A stretch of DNA of 24,576 bases from Ignavibacteriaceae bacterium (GTDB taxonomy: Bacteria > Bacteroidota > Ignavibacteria > Ignavibacteriales > Ignavibacteriaceae). The translations under genes were made by a program, and so were the position numbers. The stretch is taken from positions 1-24,576 of the forward strand of contig JAIOIM010000179.1 of the NCBI GenBank assembly GCA_019912505.1. Reading direction: 5' to 3'. The notes below the pieces were generated by a model. That model did no database searches and had not been told where the DNA came from. It was given only the letters and a program-made list of their open reading frames with translations. This document shows, piece by piece, positions 8,090-16,872 of this stretch. Every line of letters begins with the position of its first letter. Positions within the stretch are counted from its first letter, which is position 1.

Positions 8090-11000
8090 TTACTTTAGAA
8101 GCATCATCTTCTTTGTAAAGTTTGTGCTGTTTGTTTTCATGTTGTAGATGTAAACACCACTTGCAAGATTTGCACCGTCGAAATTGACTGTGTATTTGCC
8201 AGGAGCATAATCCATATCAACTAATGTTTTTACAACCTGCCCAAGGATGTTGTAAATTGTTATCGTAATACGTTCGTTGTTGGCAACAGAGAACTCAATC
8301 TTTGTTGAAGGGTTGAACGGGTTTGGATAGTTTTGCTTTAGTTCGAATTCTGTCGGAACAGTTGTTTCGTTCTTAGCATTGCTGATGCCATCAACCATTT
8401 TATAGACCGAGCCTTTACCGGTACCGGCGAACAAAGTATTGTCAGAAGTATTCACTGTAATAGAGCTTACTTCAAATCCGCTCATTCCGGCTTTCTGCCA
8501 GGTTGCGCCATCGTCTTTCGATACTAATACGCCGCCCATCCAGGTACTGACAAATATGTTATTGCTTGCATCGGTATTTACCGAGTATATGTATTGTGAA
8601 GATACATCAGTGTTAACTTTCAACCAGCTATCACCGAAGTTCGTTGAGCGGTAGATACCGCTTCCGTAGGTTCCTGCAATAACTACATTATTAGTTGAAA
8701 CACCAAGTGCATATATAAAATTATAAGCTATGTTTAATCTTACCCAATCTTGACCATCATTTACCGATCTGAACAGACCACCATCGAATGAGCCGGCATA
8801 TACGTAACCATTGCTTGCAACAGTTATGCTGCGGATATTCATTGAAGTAATACCGCCGTTTATTATCTGCCATGTTGCGCCATTGTCAATTGATTTGTAA
8901 ACCCCATAACCCCATGTTCCGGCATAGATGATGCCGTTAGCTGCAACTGTTAACACGCGAATTTCTTTTTGTGATAATTCGGTAGCTGACCAGTTTGAAC
9001 CATTATCGTTTGATAAGTAGATACCTTTTTCAGTAGCTGCAAGTATATTACCATTCTGTGCTGTTGCCATCGACCAAATGTAATCTACACTCATGCCTTC
9101 ATTTATCATAGTCCACGACTCATCTGAAGCCGCACGATAAATAGAGCCTCCCACCGTTCCGGAGAGTAAGTTGCCATTCAGATCATGTGCTAACGATGTT
9201 ATCATCTGATTACTTGTTAGGCTGCTATACTGCTGCCATGAACCCGCCGGTGCTGATGTCTGCTCGGTTCCGCCAACTTTTACGGAAGCTTGAGATGAAT
9301 TGTTCAGCAGATTAGGATCAGTCGGGTATGTTGACTCGATACTAGCCACGTTTACAACTGTCGTATCTACAGGAATGCTGCCGATAAATAATTTATCATT
9401 GAACTGACCTTGTCCCTCGAGGAACTTGCAGATCATTTGTCCGTTCTGTACACCGCTTACAAAATTAACTTTTGCAAGAGGCGCTAGAACCGTTCCTGTA
9501 ATATTTATATATTGAATTTTCAGATACTTTGCTTCGTAGAAGTTGTAAATAACATTCTGAAAAGAAGTACCGTTAACACTTACGCCACCGCTCCATGATG
9601 TACTGTCGCCGTCTATATTAACAAGTACAGCCGAACCATTAGGTGCAGTAATTGAGAAGTTGTTAGCTGTTGAAAGCATAGTACCGTCTACGTGGAATAC
9701 GTTTAATACAGGGTTAGTACCTGCGAGGAAAATGCCGCCCCATTGGTAAGTGGTAGTACCGTTATTGGTATATGCACCAAGCGTTGCGGACAAGCTTTTC
9801 AGATATGCTTCGGCTGCTGTAAAATCAATAACCGAATCTTTTCTAACTGTACCATTTGTAGTACTTACACCGTAAATAGGTAGGTTTGTGGAGTTGCCAT
9901 AAACCACATTTCCGGCACATACGGCACCGCTTGTAAATGTTAAATTGTTGCCAACTACTAATACATCTTCCTGACCGTAAGGATATGCGGGGAGTTTGTC
10001 GCCTACGCTATATTGAGCTAGCTGAGCATTTCTACCAACTGCCATTTTACCTTCAGTATCGGCGGAAGGCTGAGTAACATCATAAAGTACAAATACATTA
10101 AATCCTTCAGCATCGCCAAGGTTAAACGAACCTGAACCGCTTGCAGTAACATCAACCTTAACTGTAATTGTTAAAGTTGCATTGGCACCATTAGCTAAGT
10201 TGCCAATAGACCATACTCCGGTAACATCGTTATAAGCACCAACGGTAGCCGAGGAAGAGATAAAATCCACTCCGGCGGGAAGTACATCTGTAACTACTAC
10301 ACCTGTTGCGTCCTTAGGACCCATGTTTGTAGCTAATATTGTATAAGTAACGTTATCGCCGTTTTGTACAGAATCTTTGCTCGCTGTTTTAACAACTTTT
10401 ACATCAGCTTCATTTGGAGGAGGCGGAGGACATATTGTTGGGTTCCAGAATACTTTTTTTGTAATCGGTGTGCCAATAACATTTCCGTCACAATCTAAAA
10501 TAGATACGCCATATTCAACTTCAACCTGTGTATCATTATATCTTATACCAGGCCAGTTAGCTGTAATCTGAAAAGTAGTATCGTTTAATATTTGTGTGTT
10601 TGTATAGTTGTAACCTGTTGTTAAATCAATTGGGAAAACTACTCTCCACCATGTTTGCATCTTTGCTTTTGAAGGATTTGGTGTATGAGTAACCGAGCCG
10701 CCGACTATTACAGGCTGTGGAGTTTCATAACAAACTGGTTCATCAAGTCCCAGCGTTCCGTTCCAGCCGGTAACACAAGGAGTAAGGCTATAAATACCAG
10801 CGTCCCAAGTCATATCGTCTTCGCCGGCTGCTAAACTTGTACAGGTAGTTTTTCCTGTTAAAACATCAGCGTCAGAATCTTTTGCATCGTTAGAGCCTTG
10901 ATCTTTAGCTGTAAATGCTGAGTTAGCAGGTAACACAAATTCAACATAATAATCACCCGGCACTAAGTTGCCGAATGTGTAAATACCATTTGCATCGGTA

Positions 11001-12586
11001 CTTGTAGTGGAAATAAATACATCTGAACAGTTATATAAATTTACAACTACTCCGGGAACTCCGGCTTCACCGTTGTCTTGTTTACCATTTTTATTTACGT
11101 CGTTCCAAACTTTGTTTCCTATTGAAGCAAACGGAACACCGCAATCGAGATAACCCTGGTTTACAGTGCCATCGTCAAAATTTTCATTTAGTGAAGTTAG
11201 TGCATCATTTACCTGAGATGGAGTATAGGCGCTCGAAGCGCCGCTTATTACCGCGTTGGCAATATCTAAAAGTTCATAAACAGTTTTTCCATAAAAATCA
11301 CCGGAAGCGATAACTAATCTTCCAAGTTCCTGCGGGTTGGTTCCGAGAACACCTGCCGCACTAAAATAGACGTTAATTGTAGCTGCGACTAATTGACCTG
11401 CAAGTACGCCTGCTGAAGTTGTTAAAGGATTAACAAGGCTGCCAGTTAATGTATTTGGAGAGCTTCCAGCCGGCAAAAAATTTCTTATTGCGTCGGAAGT
11501 TAAAAAAGTAGCTTTGTTAGCACCGCTGCCAATAGTTAATCCGGCAGGGAATACATTTGCAAAATTTAGCACTCTAATTCTGCCAGGTCCGCTATTATTT
11601 GGGCTTCCCCATCCACCCTGTGTCTGGGTTCTAAATCCGTTAAGGTCGCATAGTTCGGGAGTATACCAGTTAACACTTCCGGTAACTGAAAGATTAGCGA
11701 TAGTGGGAGTTGCAAGAACCAATTTCTGATATGTGTCAGGGTCAGTGCTATGGACATACCTTGTTCCGTGAGGAATAACCACGTTAGCCGTTGCTGTAAT
11801 GGTTGCCGAACTTAAACTGCCTTGAGAAAGTGTTACAACCGGTGTTGCACCACTTGCTGTTGTAGTAGCAGAAGCAGTTGAAAGAACACCATCTGATGTA
11901 CTTAAGGCTACATTAATATTTGAAAGCACATTTCCGTTTATATCGAATGCTGAAACAGTAAATGATGCCGAGTTGCCAATAGATACTGATTGAGTTGAGG
12001 GTGTTATTAACAGGGTATAAACAGGTATTACACTACCCGCATTTGAATTTGCGTCTGCAATTAGTGCAAGTGCACGGGTTTTAACATCTGCAACATTAAT
12101 AGTATTAACATTTAATCCATCGCTAAAATACCAAATAGCTGCCTGAATAGCAGCGGCTTCTTTTTGAACCGAAGATGCCCCGCCGGGATAACCGTAAGGA
12201 TTATGCGGATAATAGTTATTTAATAAATAGGTAATTTGTGCCGGTGTGCTGCCATCATCAGTATATGTGTGAGGTTGCCCTACCGTCCAGAAAACCAAAA
12301 AGTGTTTGATGTCGATACAGTAAAAATTTGCGTTATTGCCGTCAATTGTACCACTTAATGTACCGGCGAAACTTGATTGCGAATTATTAGTGTATGGGTT
12401 TGTATAAGTAATGTTAGTTCCTTTGTCGGTAGCCAATACTTTTGCTACGCTTGAACCTTCAATACCATTTGGGGATTGAAAGTACTGTGGAGGAAAATTT
12501 GTTTCTACTACTTTTTTTGTTTCCTGAGCAAATCCTATCGAAACAAGAAAAAATAGGGACAAGACTGTAAGAAGATTTCTGATCAT
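8090..12586 (-). CDS. Large multidomain T9SS-secreted surface protein/adhesin (putative Cys-Gln thioester domain, SdrD-B, DUF11, choice-of-anchor A, Asp-box propeller, T9SS CTD)
   Basis: Sec signal peptide (aa 1-20). FYCID (Cys90), AIQAAIW and YQKLV (Gln287). ASIGNKVWNDVNKNGKQD (SdrD-B). ADVKVVKTAS...VTYTI.ATN.GP.DATGVVVTDVLP (DUF11). FNVFV...DTEGKMAVG (choice-of-anchor A-like). Five S-x-D/N-x-G-x-x-W Asp-box-like repeats. FELKQNYPNPFNPST...KKMMLLK CTD. Confidence 0.85.
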   Translation of the reverse strand: MIRNLLTVLSLFFLVSIGFAQETKKVVETNFPPQYFQSPNGIEGSSVAKVLATDKGTNITYTNPYTNNSQSSFAGTLSGTIDGNNANFYCIDIKHFLVFWTVGQPHTYTDDGSTPAQITYLLNNYYPHNPYGYPGGASSVQKEAAAIQAAIWYFSDGLNVNTINVADVKTRALALIADANSNAGSVIPVYTLLITPSTQSVSIGNSASFTVSAFDINGNVLSNINVALSTSDGVLSTASATTTASGATPVVTLSQGSLSSATITATANVVIPHGTRYVHSTDPDTYQKLVLATPTIANLSVTGSVNWYTPELCDLNGFRTQTQGGWGSPNNSGPGRIRVLNFANVFPAGLTIGSGANKATFLTSDAIRNFLPAGSSPNTLTGSLVNPLTTSAGVLAGQLVAATINVYFSAAGVLGTNPQELGRLVIASGDFYGKTVYELLDIANAVISGASSAYTPSQVNDALTSLNENFDDGTVNQGYLDCGVPFASIGNKVWNDVNKNGKQDNGEAGVPGVVVNLYNCSDVFISTTSTDANGIYTFGNLVPGDYYVEFVLPANSAFTAKDQGSNDAKDSDADVLTGKTTCTSLAAGEDDMTWDAGIYSLTPCVTGWNGTLGLDEPVCYETPQPVIVGGSVTHTPNPSKAKMQTWWRVVFPIDLTTGYNYTNTQILNDTTFQITANWPGIRYNDTQVEVEYGVSILDCDGNVIGTPITKKVFWNPTICPPPPPNEADVKVVKTASKDSVQNGDNVTYTILATNMGPKDATGVVVTDVLPAGVDFISSSATVGAYNDVTGVWSIGNLANGANATLTITVKVDVTASGSGSFNLGDAEGFNVFVLYDVTQPSADTEGKMAVGRNAQLAQYSVGDKLPAYPYGQEDVLVVGNNLTFTSGAVCAGNVVYGNSTNLPIYGVSTTNGTVRKDSVIDFTAAEAYLKSLSATLGAYTNNGTTTYQWGGIFLAGTNPVLNVFHVDGTMLSTANNFSITAPNGSAVLVNIDGDSTSWSGGVSVNGTSFQNVIYNFYEAKYLKIQYINITGTVLAPLAKVNFVSGVQNGQMICKFLEGQGQFNDKLFIGSIPVDTTVVNVASIESTYPTDPNLLNNSSQASVKVGGTEQTSAPAGSWQQYSSLTSNQMITSLAHDLNGNLLSGTVGGSIYRAASDESWTMINEGMSVDYIWSMATAQNGNILAATEKGIYLSNDNGSNWSATELSQKEIRVLTVAANGIIYAGTWGYGVYKSIDNGATWQIINGGITSMNIRSITVASNGYVYAGSFDGGLFRSVNDGQDWVRLNIAYNFIYALGVSTNNVVIAGTYGSGIYRSTNFGDSWLKVNTDVSSQYIYSVNTDASNNIFVSTWMGGVLVSKDDGATWQKAGMSGFEVSSITVNTSDNTLFAGTGKGSVYKMVDGISNAKNETTVPTEFELKQNYPNPFNPSTKIEFSVANNERITITIYNILGQVVKTLVDMDYAPGKYTVNFDGANLASGVYIYNMKTNSTNFTKKMMLLK

Positions 12587-12626
12587 TTTAATTACTCCTA
12601 AATGGGTTATTTATTTGCAACCACAG

Positions 12627-12642
12627 TACAGATTGCGTACCA
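12627..12642 (-). promoter_or_regulatory. Weaker sigma-54-like motif upstream of the large adhesin gene
   Basis: Minus strand reads TGGTACGCAATCTGTA: a good -24 element, but GT rather than GC at -12; about 40 nt upstream of the ATG. Confidence 0.35.
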
Positions 12643-12943
12643 AACATAATGTTTGTTTTTTAATCTATTTTCGAAGCTTTTTTTATTTTATTTAGGGGTG
12701 CGATGACTCAATATGAGACAAAAATTCTTTTTGATAAAGTATTTTTAGAAATAAAAAGTGGCGGTGGATATTTTTTAATTTCAACAATAAATATTCATTA
12801 TTTTAAGAAAAATGAAGGGAATGGATGAGTAATAATATTTACTTTGGGAGACAGACTATAATAAATGAGTTCGCTCTAAAAAGTCTAAATACTCTAAATG
12901 TATTTCCACGAAAGTGATGATATCATTCAAATACGCAAGGTTT

Positions 12944-12970
12944 CAGATTCCCGTTTTCACGGGGAATGAC
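12944..12970 (-). repeat. Solo REP-like palindromic element
   Basis: Minus strand reads GTCATTCCCCGTGAAAACGGGAATCTG, with ATTCCC...GGGAAT arms. It resembles the widespread GTCATTCCCGnGnAnnCGGGAATC hairpin repeats. Confidence 0.65.
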
Positions 12971-13157
12971 CTTCTGAGTGCGGACCTATAAATTACTTGC
13001 GCTTAGTGAGGTTTTGATTATAGCCCTATGAAGGATGAGAGAGAGAGAAAGGTACAAAAATAGATAAACTATGTTCTATGGAATACAATTAAAATTAATA
13101 ATAGGATTTTATCAGTTTTTAGTAATAGAAGATTGGTTCATTTAAGAAAGTTTGGGT

Positions 13158-13652
13158 CTATTCGATATCCAATTCTTCAAGAATCTTTTCAGCTTCAAGT
13201 ACTTCGCCGTGGGGTACAAGTAGTTTTATTTCATTAACAATATGTTTTGATGTATCGCCTGAAGCGCGAAACAAACTATAATCTGCGCCGCCGAGATGCA
13301 TAGGAGATGCTTTACGCGAAAATACAAATGGGTGTAAGCCCGCTTGCTCAAGGCATTCGGCTGCGTAGCGAATTGTTACTTCATCGCTGCTGCCGTAAAC
13401 ACGAGCCATATTTTGGAAAGTTTCATAATTCTCATGTTCATTGCAGAGAAATTTATCTTCGGTTAACCCGCCGCAATCATTGCAGAATGCCTGAGAGCAA
13501 ATTACACATACGCCGATTGCTTCAACCTTCGGGTGGTTTGTACATTCAACTTCTTCAATTAACAGTGCCCCGCAATTGGGACAAAAATCATTATCGCCAA
13601 CCAACTCGAACTCGCAGATGCCACAGGTTTCTTTATTATTTTTGTTTTCCAT
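13158..13652 (-). CDS. Zinc-ribbon + B-box-like zinc finger + DUF2007 (putative signal-transducing) protein
   Basis: CGIC...CPNCG zinc ribbon; CTNHP..EA..VCVICSQAFCNDC...LCNEH B-box-like motif; C-terminal ...CLEQAGLHP...IKLLVPHGEVLEAEKIL of DUF2007 type. Confidence 0.7.
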   Translation of the reverse strand: MENKNNKETCGICEFELVGDNDFCPNCGALLIEEVECTNHPKVEAIGVCVICSQAFCNDCGGLTEDKFLCNEHENYETFQNMARVYGSSDEVTIRYAAECLEQAGLHPFVFSRKASPMHLGGADYSLFRASGDTSKHIVNEIKLLVPHGEVLEAEKILEELDIE

Positions 13653-13817
13653 TTCTCACTCTTTAAATTATAGTTACAGCAACTAATTAATTTTTTCAAA
13701 TCAAAGTAATCAATAATAGGATCAATTTTAAGACAGAAATTATTTTACAAATAGAATTTTATAAATTTTATACTTTCATACGAGATTACTGCGTAGACGA
13801 TTGGCACGGCTTCACCA

Positions 13818-15707
13818 CTAATCAAGCATGTCTTTAATTTCTTCAAGCTCCTGCCAGCGGTTGTAAAGTTGTTTTATTTTCCCCTTTGTCTGGTGTAGTT
13901 GGTCATTTAATTTAACTGTGTCTTCTGCGTATTTTTCATAATAGTCAGGCGATGAAAATATTCCTTCAATTCTTTCAACTTCTTTTTCGCTTGTAATAAT
14001 TTCTGCCTCAATTGATTCGAGTTCTTTTGTTTCTTTCCAGCTTAATTTTCTTACTTTCGGTTTTTCGCGGGGATCTTCTTTTTTTACTTTGGTTTTGTCT
14101 TCAACCACAGTGGCTTTTAGCCGCGCGTTTCTTTTTTCAATATAGTAATCATAATTGCCTTCGCTAAAATGTGGCGCTCCTATGCCTTCGAGCGCTAAAA
14201 TGCCTGTGCAAACGCGGTTTAGAAAATAGCGGTCGTGACTTACAACTACAACGCATCCTTCAAAATTTATCAGGGCTTCTTCAAGAACCCGCAATGTCGG
14301 CAGGTCAAGATCGTTTGTCGGTTCATCCAACAACAAAAAATTTCCGCCGCGCATTAATATTTTTGCAAGCGTTAATCGACTGAGTTCGCCGCCGGAAAGC
14401 CTGCCCACTTTTGTATTTATCCTGTCATCGGTAAATAAAAACCTGCGCAGGTAGGTCCATACGTTCATTTTGTATTTTCCAAATTGAATAGTATCGTTTC
14501 CTTCGCTTATAGCTTCAAATACTGTATCTTCATCGTTTAATAAAAGTCTTTCTTGATCGACATAATTAAAGATTGTTTTTTCACCTATTTCAATTTTTCC
14601 TTTTTGGGGATGTAGTTCGCCAAGAATTATTTTAAGTAATGTAGTTTTGCCTGTTCCATTATTGCCGACAATTCCGAGTTTTCTTCCTTTTTCAAAAAGC
14701 ATATTCAGATTTTCAAAAAGTAATTTACCGCCGAGTTTTATGCTTACACTTTTTAGCTCAAGCACTTTGTTTCCGAGGCTATCGGCGGGTGGTATTATCA
14801 AATCAACATCAACTTCTTTTTCGGGCGCCTGCTTTGCTGCAATTTCATCGTACTGGTCGAGGCGGCTTTTTGCTTTTGTTCTTCTTGCCTTCGGTCCTCG
14901 CATTACCCAATCAAGTTCGCGGCGTAAAAAATTTTGACGCTTATTTTCTTCTGCCTCTATTATTGCCCGCCGCTCCGATTTGTTTATGAGGTAATCAGTA
15001 TAATTTCCCTGGTGCGAGTAAAACTCGCCGTGGGCAAGTTCAACAATTCGGTTTGCGATGTTATCGAGAAAATAGCGGTCGTGGGTTACAAAAATGAAAG
15101 TGCCTTTATAATTTGAGAGTAAATCTTCAAGCCATTCTATAAAAGATGTATCGAGATGGTTAGTCGGCTCATCGAGTATAAGCAAATCCGGTTCCGACAC
15201 AAGTACAGAACAAAGGGCAATGCGCCGTTTTTCGCCGCCGGAAAGATTTGTAATAAATTTTTCTTTTGCCGGCGCATTTAAATTTTGAATAAGCATATCG
15301 ATTTTTTTTTCGAGATTCCATCCGTCAGCATGTGATATTCTTTCTTCAAGAATATGTTTAAGCGGCGAATCGAACGGAAGCGATTCATACTCATTTATCA
15401 AATCCGTAATATTTTTTGCCCCAGAAACGATATTTTCATAGACCGTTTTTGTTTCATCAAGCGAAAACTCTTGCGACAAAAAACTAACTGACAAATCTTT
15501 TCTTTTTGCTATTTCACCGGTGTCAGCAAAAAGTTTACCGGCAATAATTTTTAAAAATGTTGATTTCCCGGTGCCGTTTCTGCCTACCAGACCTATCCTG
15601 TCTCCCTCGTGTATTGTAAGGGAAGCTTTATTCAGCACAATTTGCTCGCCATAACGAACTTCAATTTCTTTTGCAGTTAAAATTACGGGATTAGCATTAT
15701 TAGACAT
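13818..15707 (-). CDS. ABC-F family ATPase, Uup-like (629 aa; start corrected from the ORF track's 15836)
   Basis: Two ABC cassettes (GRNGTGKS/LSGGE/LDEPTNH and GNNGTGKT/LSGGE/LDEPTND), inter-domain linker ELDWVMRGPKARRTK, C-terminal coiled coil starting KLSWKE, and no TM segments. Confidence 0.9.
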   Translation of the reverse strand: MSNNANPVILTAKEIEVRYGEQIVLNKASLTIHEGDRIGLVGRNGTGKSTFLKIIAGKLFADTGEIAKRKDLSVSFLSQEFSLDETKTVYENIVSGAKNITDLINEYESLPFDSPLKHILEERISHADGWNLEKKIDMLIQNLNAPAKEKFITNLSGGEKRRIALCSVLVSEPDLLILDEPTNHLDTSFIEWLEDLLSNYKGTFIFVTHDRYFLDNIANRIVELAHGEFYSHQGNYTDYLINKSERRAIIEAEENKRQNFLRRELDWVMRGPKARRTKAKSRLDQYDEIAAKQAPEKEVDVDLIIPPADSLGNKVLELKSVSIKLGGKLLFENLNMLFEKGRKLGIVGNNGTGKTTLLKIILGELHPQKGKIEIGEKTIFNYVDQERLLLNDEDTVFEAISEGNDTIQFGKYKMNVWTYLRRFLFTDDRINTKVGRLSGGELSRLTLAKILMRGGNFLLLDEPTNDLDLPTLRVLEEALINFEGCVVVVSHDRYFLNRVCTGILALEGIGAPHFSEGNYDYYIEKRNARLKATVVEDKTKVKKEDPREKPKVRKLSWKETKELESIEAEIITSEKEVERIEGIFSSPDYYEKYAEDTVKLNDQLHQTKGKIKQLYNRWQELEEIKDMLD

Positions 15708-15794
15708 TAGCTCAACTATTTTATTATAAAAAAGTAACCGGCAAATATAGTTTAATTGAAAGACTATCTGTATTGTGGTTAAAAATTGGCCCGA

Positions 15795-15810
15795 TGGCAA
15801 TTGGATTGCA
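15795..15810 (+). promoter_or_regulatory. Candidate sigma-54 (-24/-12) motif facing the SpoIIAA-like gene
   Basis: TGGCAATTGGATTGCA, with GG-N10-GC spacing and TTGCA at -12. Confidence 0.4.
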
Positions 15811-15935
15811 TAAAATTCTCTAATAAATTTAGCCAAATGAGAACTGCGTCAATGCTTATTAAAAAATATTTTAGCATCTTTAAATAGCTCAAAATTTTTG
15901 AAATCTAAAGCAAACAAAAAGCTCCGCGTGCAAGT

Positions 15936-16310
15936 ATGGAAAAAAACTTTAAATATTTTTTAGATGATTCAACAGGCATTTTGTACAAGCACTACTACGG
16001 ACCTATAACAATTGAAGACATTAATTCTTCATGGAATTATGCTATTGTAAATAGTCTTATCCCAAAAAACACAAAAGGTTTTTTGCTCGATTATAGGAAA
16101 GCCAGGCTTAATATAAAGCTTGGCGATTATACCCGGATTGCAGAATATTATTCGCAGCATCTCGAGATATTCCGTGATAAAAAAATTGCAATACTCACTC
16201 AATCTATTGAAGATATTGCAATACCTTCCTTAGTGGAAACATTAGATAATCAATATTTCTCACGACCTTTTTATACTATAGAAGCCGCTCTACAATGGAT
16301 TTTATTTTGA
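15936..16310 (+). CDS. SpoIIAA-like / STAS-SEC14 domain hypothetical protein
   Basis: 124 aa with GPITIED, LLDYRKA, KKIAIL and a terminal F.TIEAALQWI pattern typical of SpoIIAA-like proteins. Confidence 0.6.
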   Translation: MEKNFKYFLDDSTGILYKHYYGPITIEDINSSWNYAIVNSLIPKNTKGFLLDYRKARLNIKLGDYTRIAEYYSQHLEIFRDKKIAILTQSIEDIAIPSLVETLDNQYFSRPFYTIEAALQWILF

Positions 16311-16564
16311 TCGGTAAAATTTTTGAATATCATTTGCCAATGTATTTGTCAAACTGTATAAACACATCAGAATAATAAAGAATATTGGCTGGCTCAATAA
16401 GTATTATTAAAATGTCTGTGGATGCAGCATGTTTATTTTTTTTATTTACTACATTAGCAAAATAAAATAATATCTAAATTCTAAATTGAAAAAAAATAAA
16501 AATTTTGAATTACAGTTATCATCAAAATAAATCAATCCGCCGTAGAAAATAATAGAGGAAAAAG

Positions 16565-16867
16565 ATGAAACATTTTATTGTCCTAATAAATTACATAGCG
16601 CCGCTTGAACAGATTGAAGCGACGACACCTGTTCATCGGGAATTTTTAAAGCATGGTTACGAAAAAGGATTTCTCCTTTTTTCGGGTCCGCGCGTGCCTC
16701 GCACAGGGGGACTTGTGTGTGCGAAAGGGGAAACGCTGGAAGAGGTTGACAGCTTTTTTATGAATGATCCTTATCGAAAAAATAATCTTGCCGATTATGA
16801 GTTTATACAATTCCGCCCTTTAAACAAGCAGCAGTTCCTAACCGGTTGGTTAGAAGAAATAGAGTAA
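16565..16867 (+). CDS. YciI family protein
   Basis: 100 aa with H-REFL, SGP, GG and DPY motifs. Confidence 0.85.
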   Translation: MKHFIVLINYIAPLEQIEATTPVHREFLKHGYEKGFLLFSGPRVPRTGGLVCAKGETLEEVDSFFMNDPYRKNNLADYEFIQFRPLNKQQFLTGWLEEIE

Positions 16868-16872
16868 TGGTG

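Noticed and set aside
13792-13817. GTAGACGATTGGCACGGCTTCACCAC as a REP or sigma-54 site
   Set aside because: TGGCACG is present but there is no GC at -12, and no complementary arm for a REP hairpin.
15708-15836. 43-aa N-terminal extension of the ABC-F ORF
   Set aside because: It runs through AT-rich intergenic-like sequence. The ATG at 15707 puts the ABC domain at the usual position.
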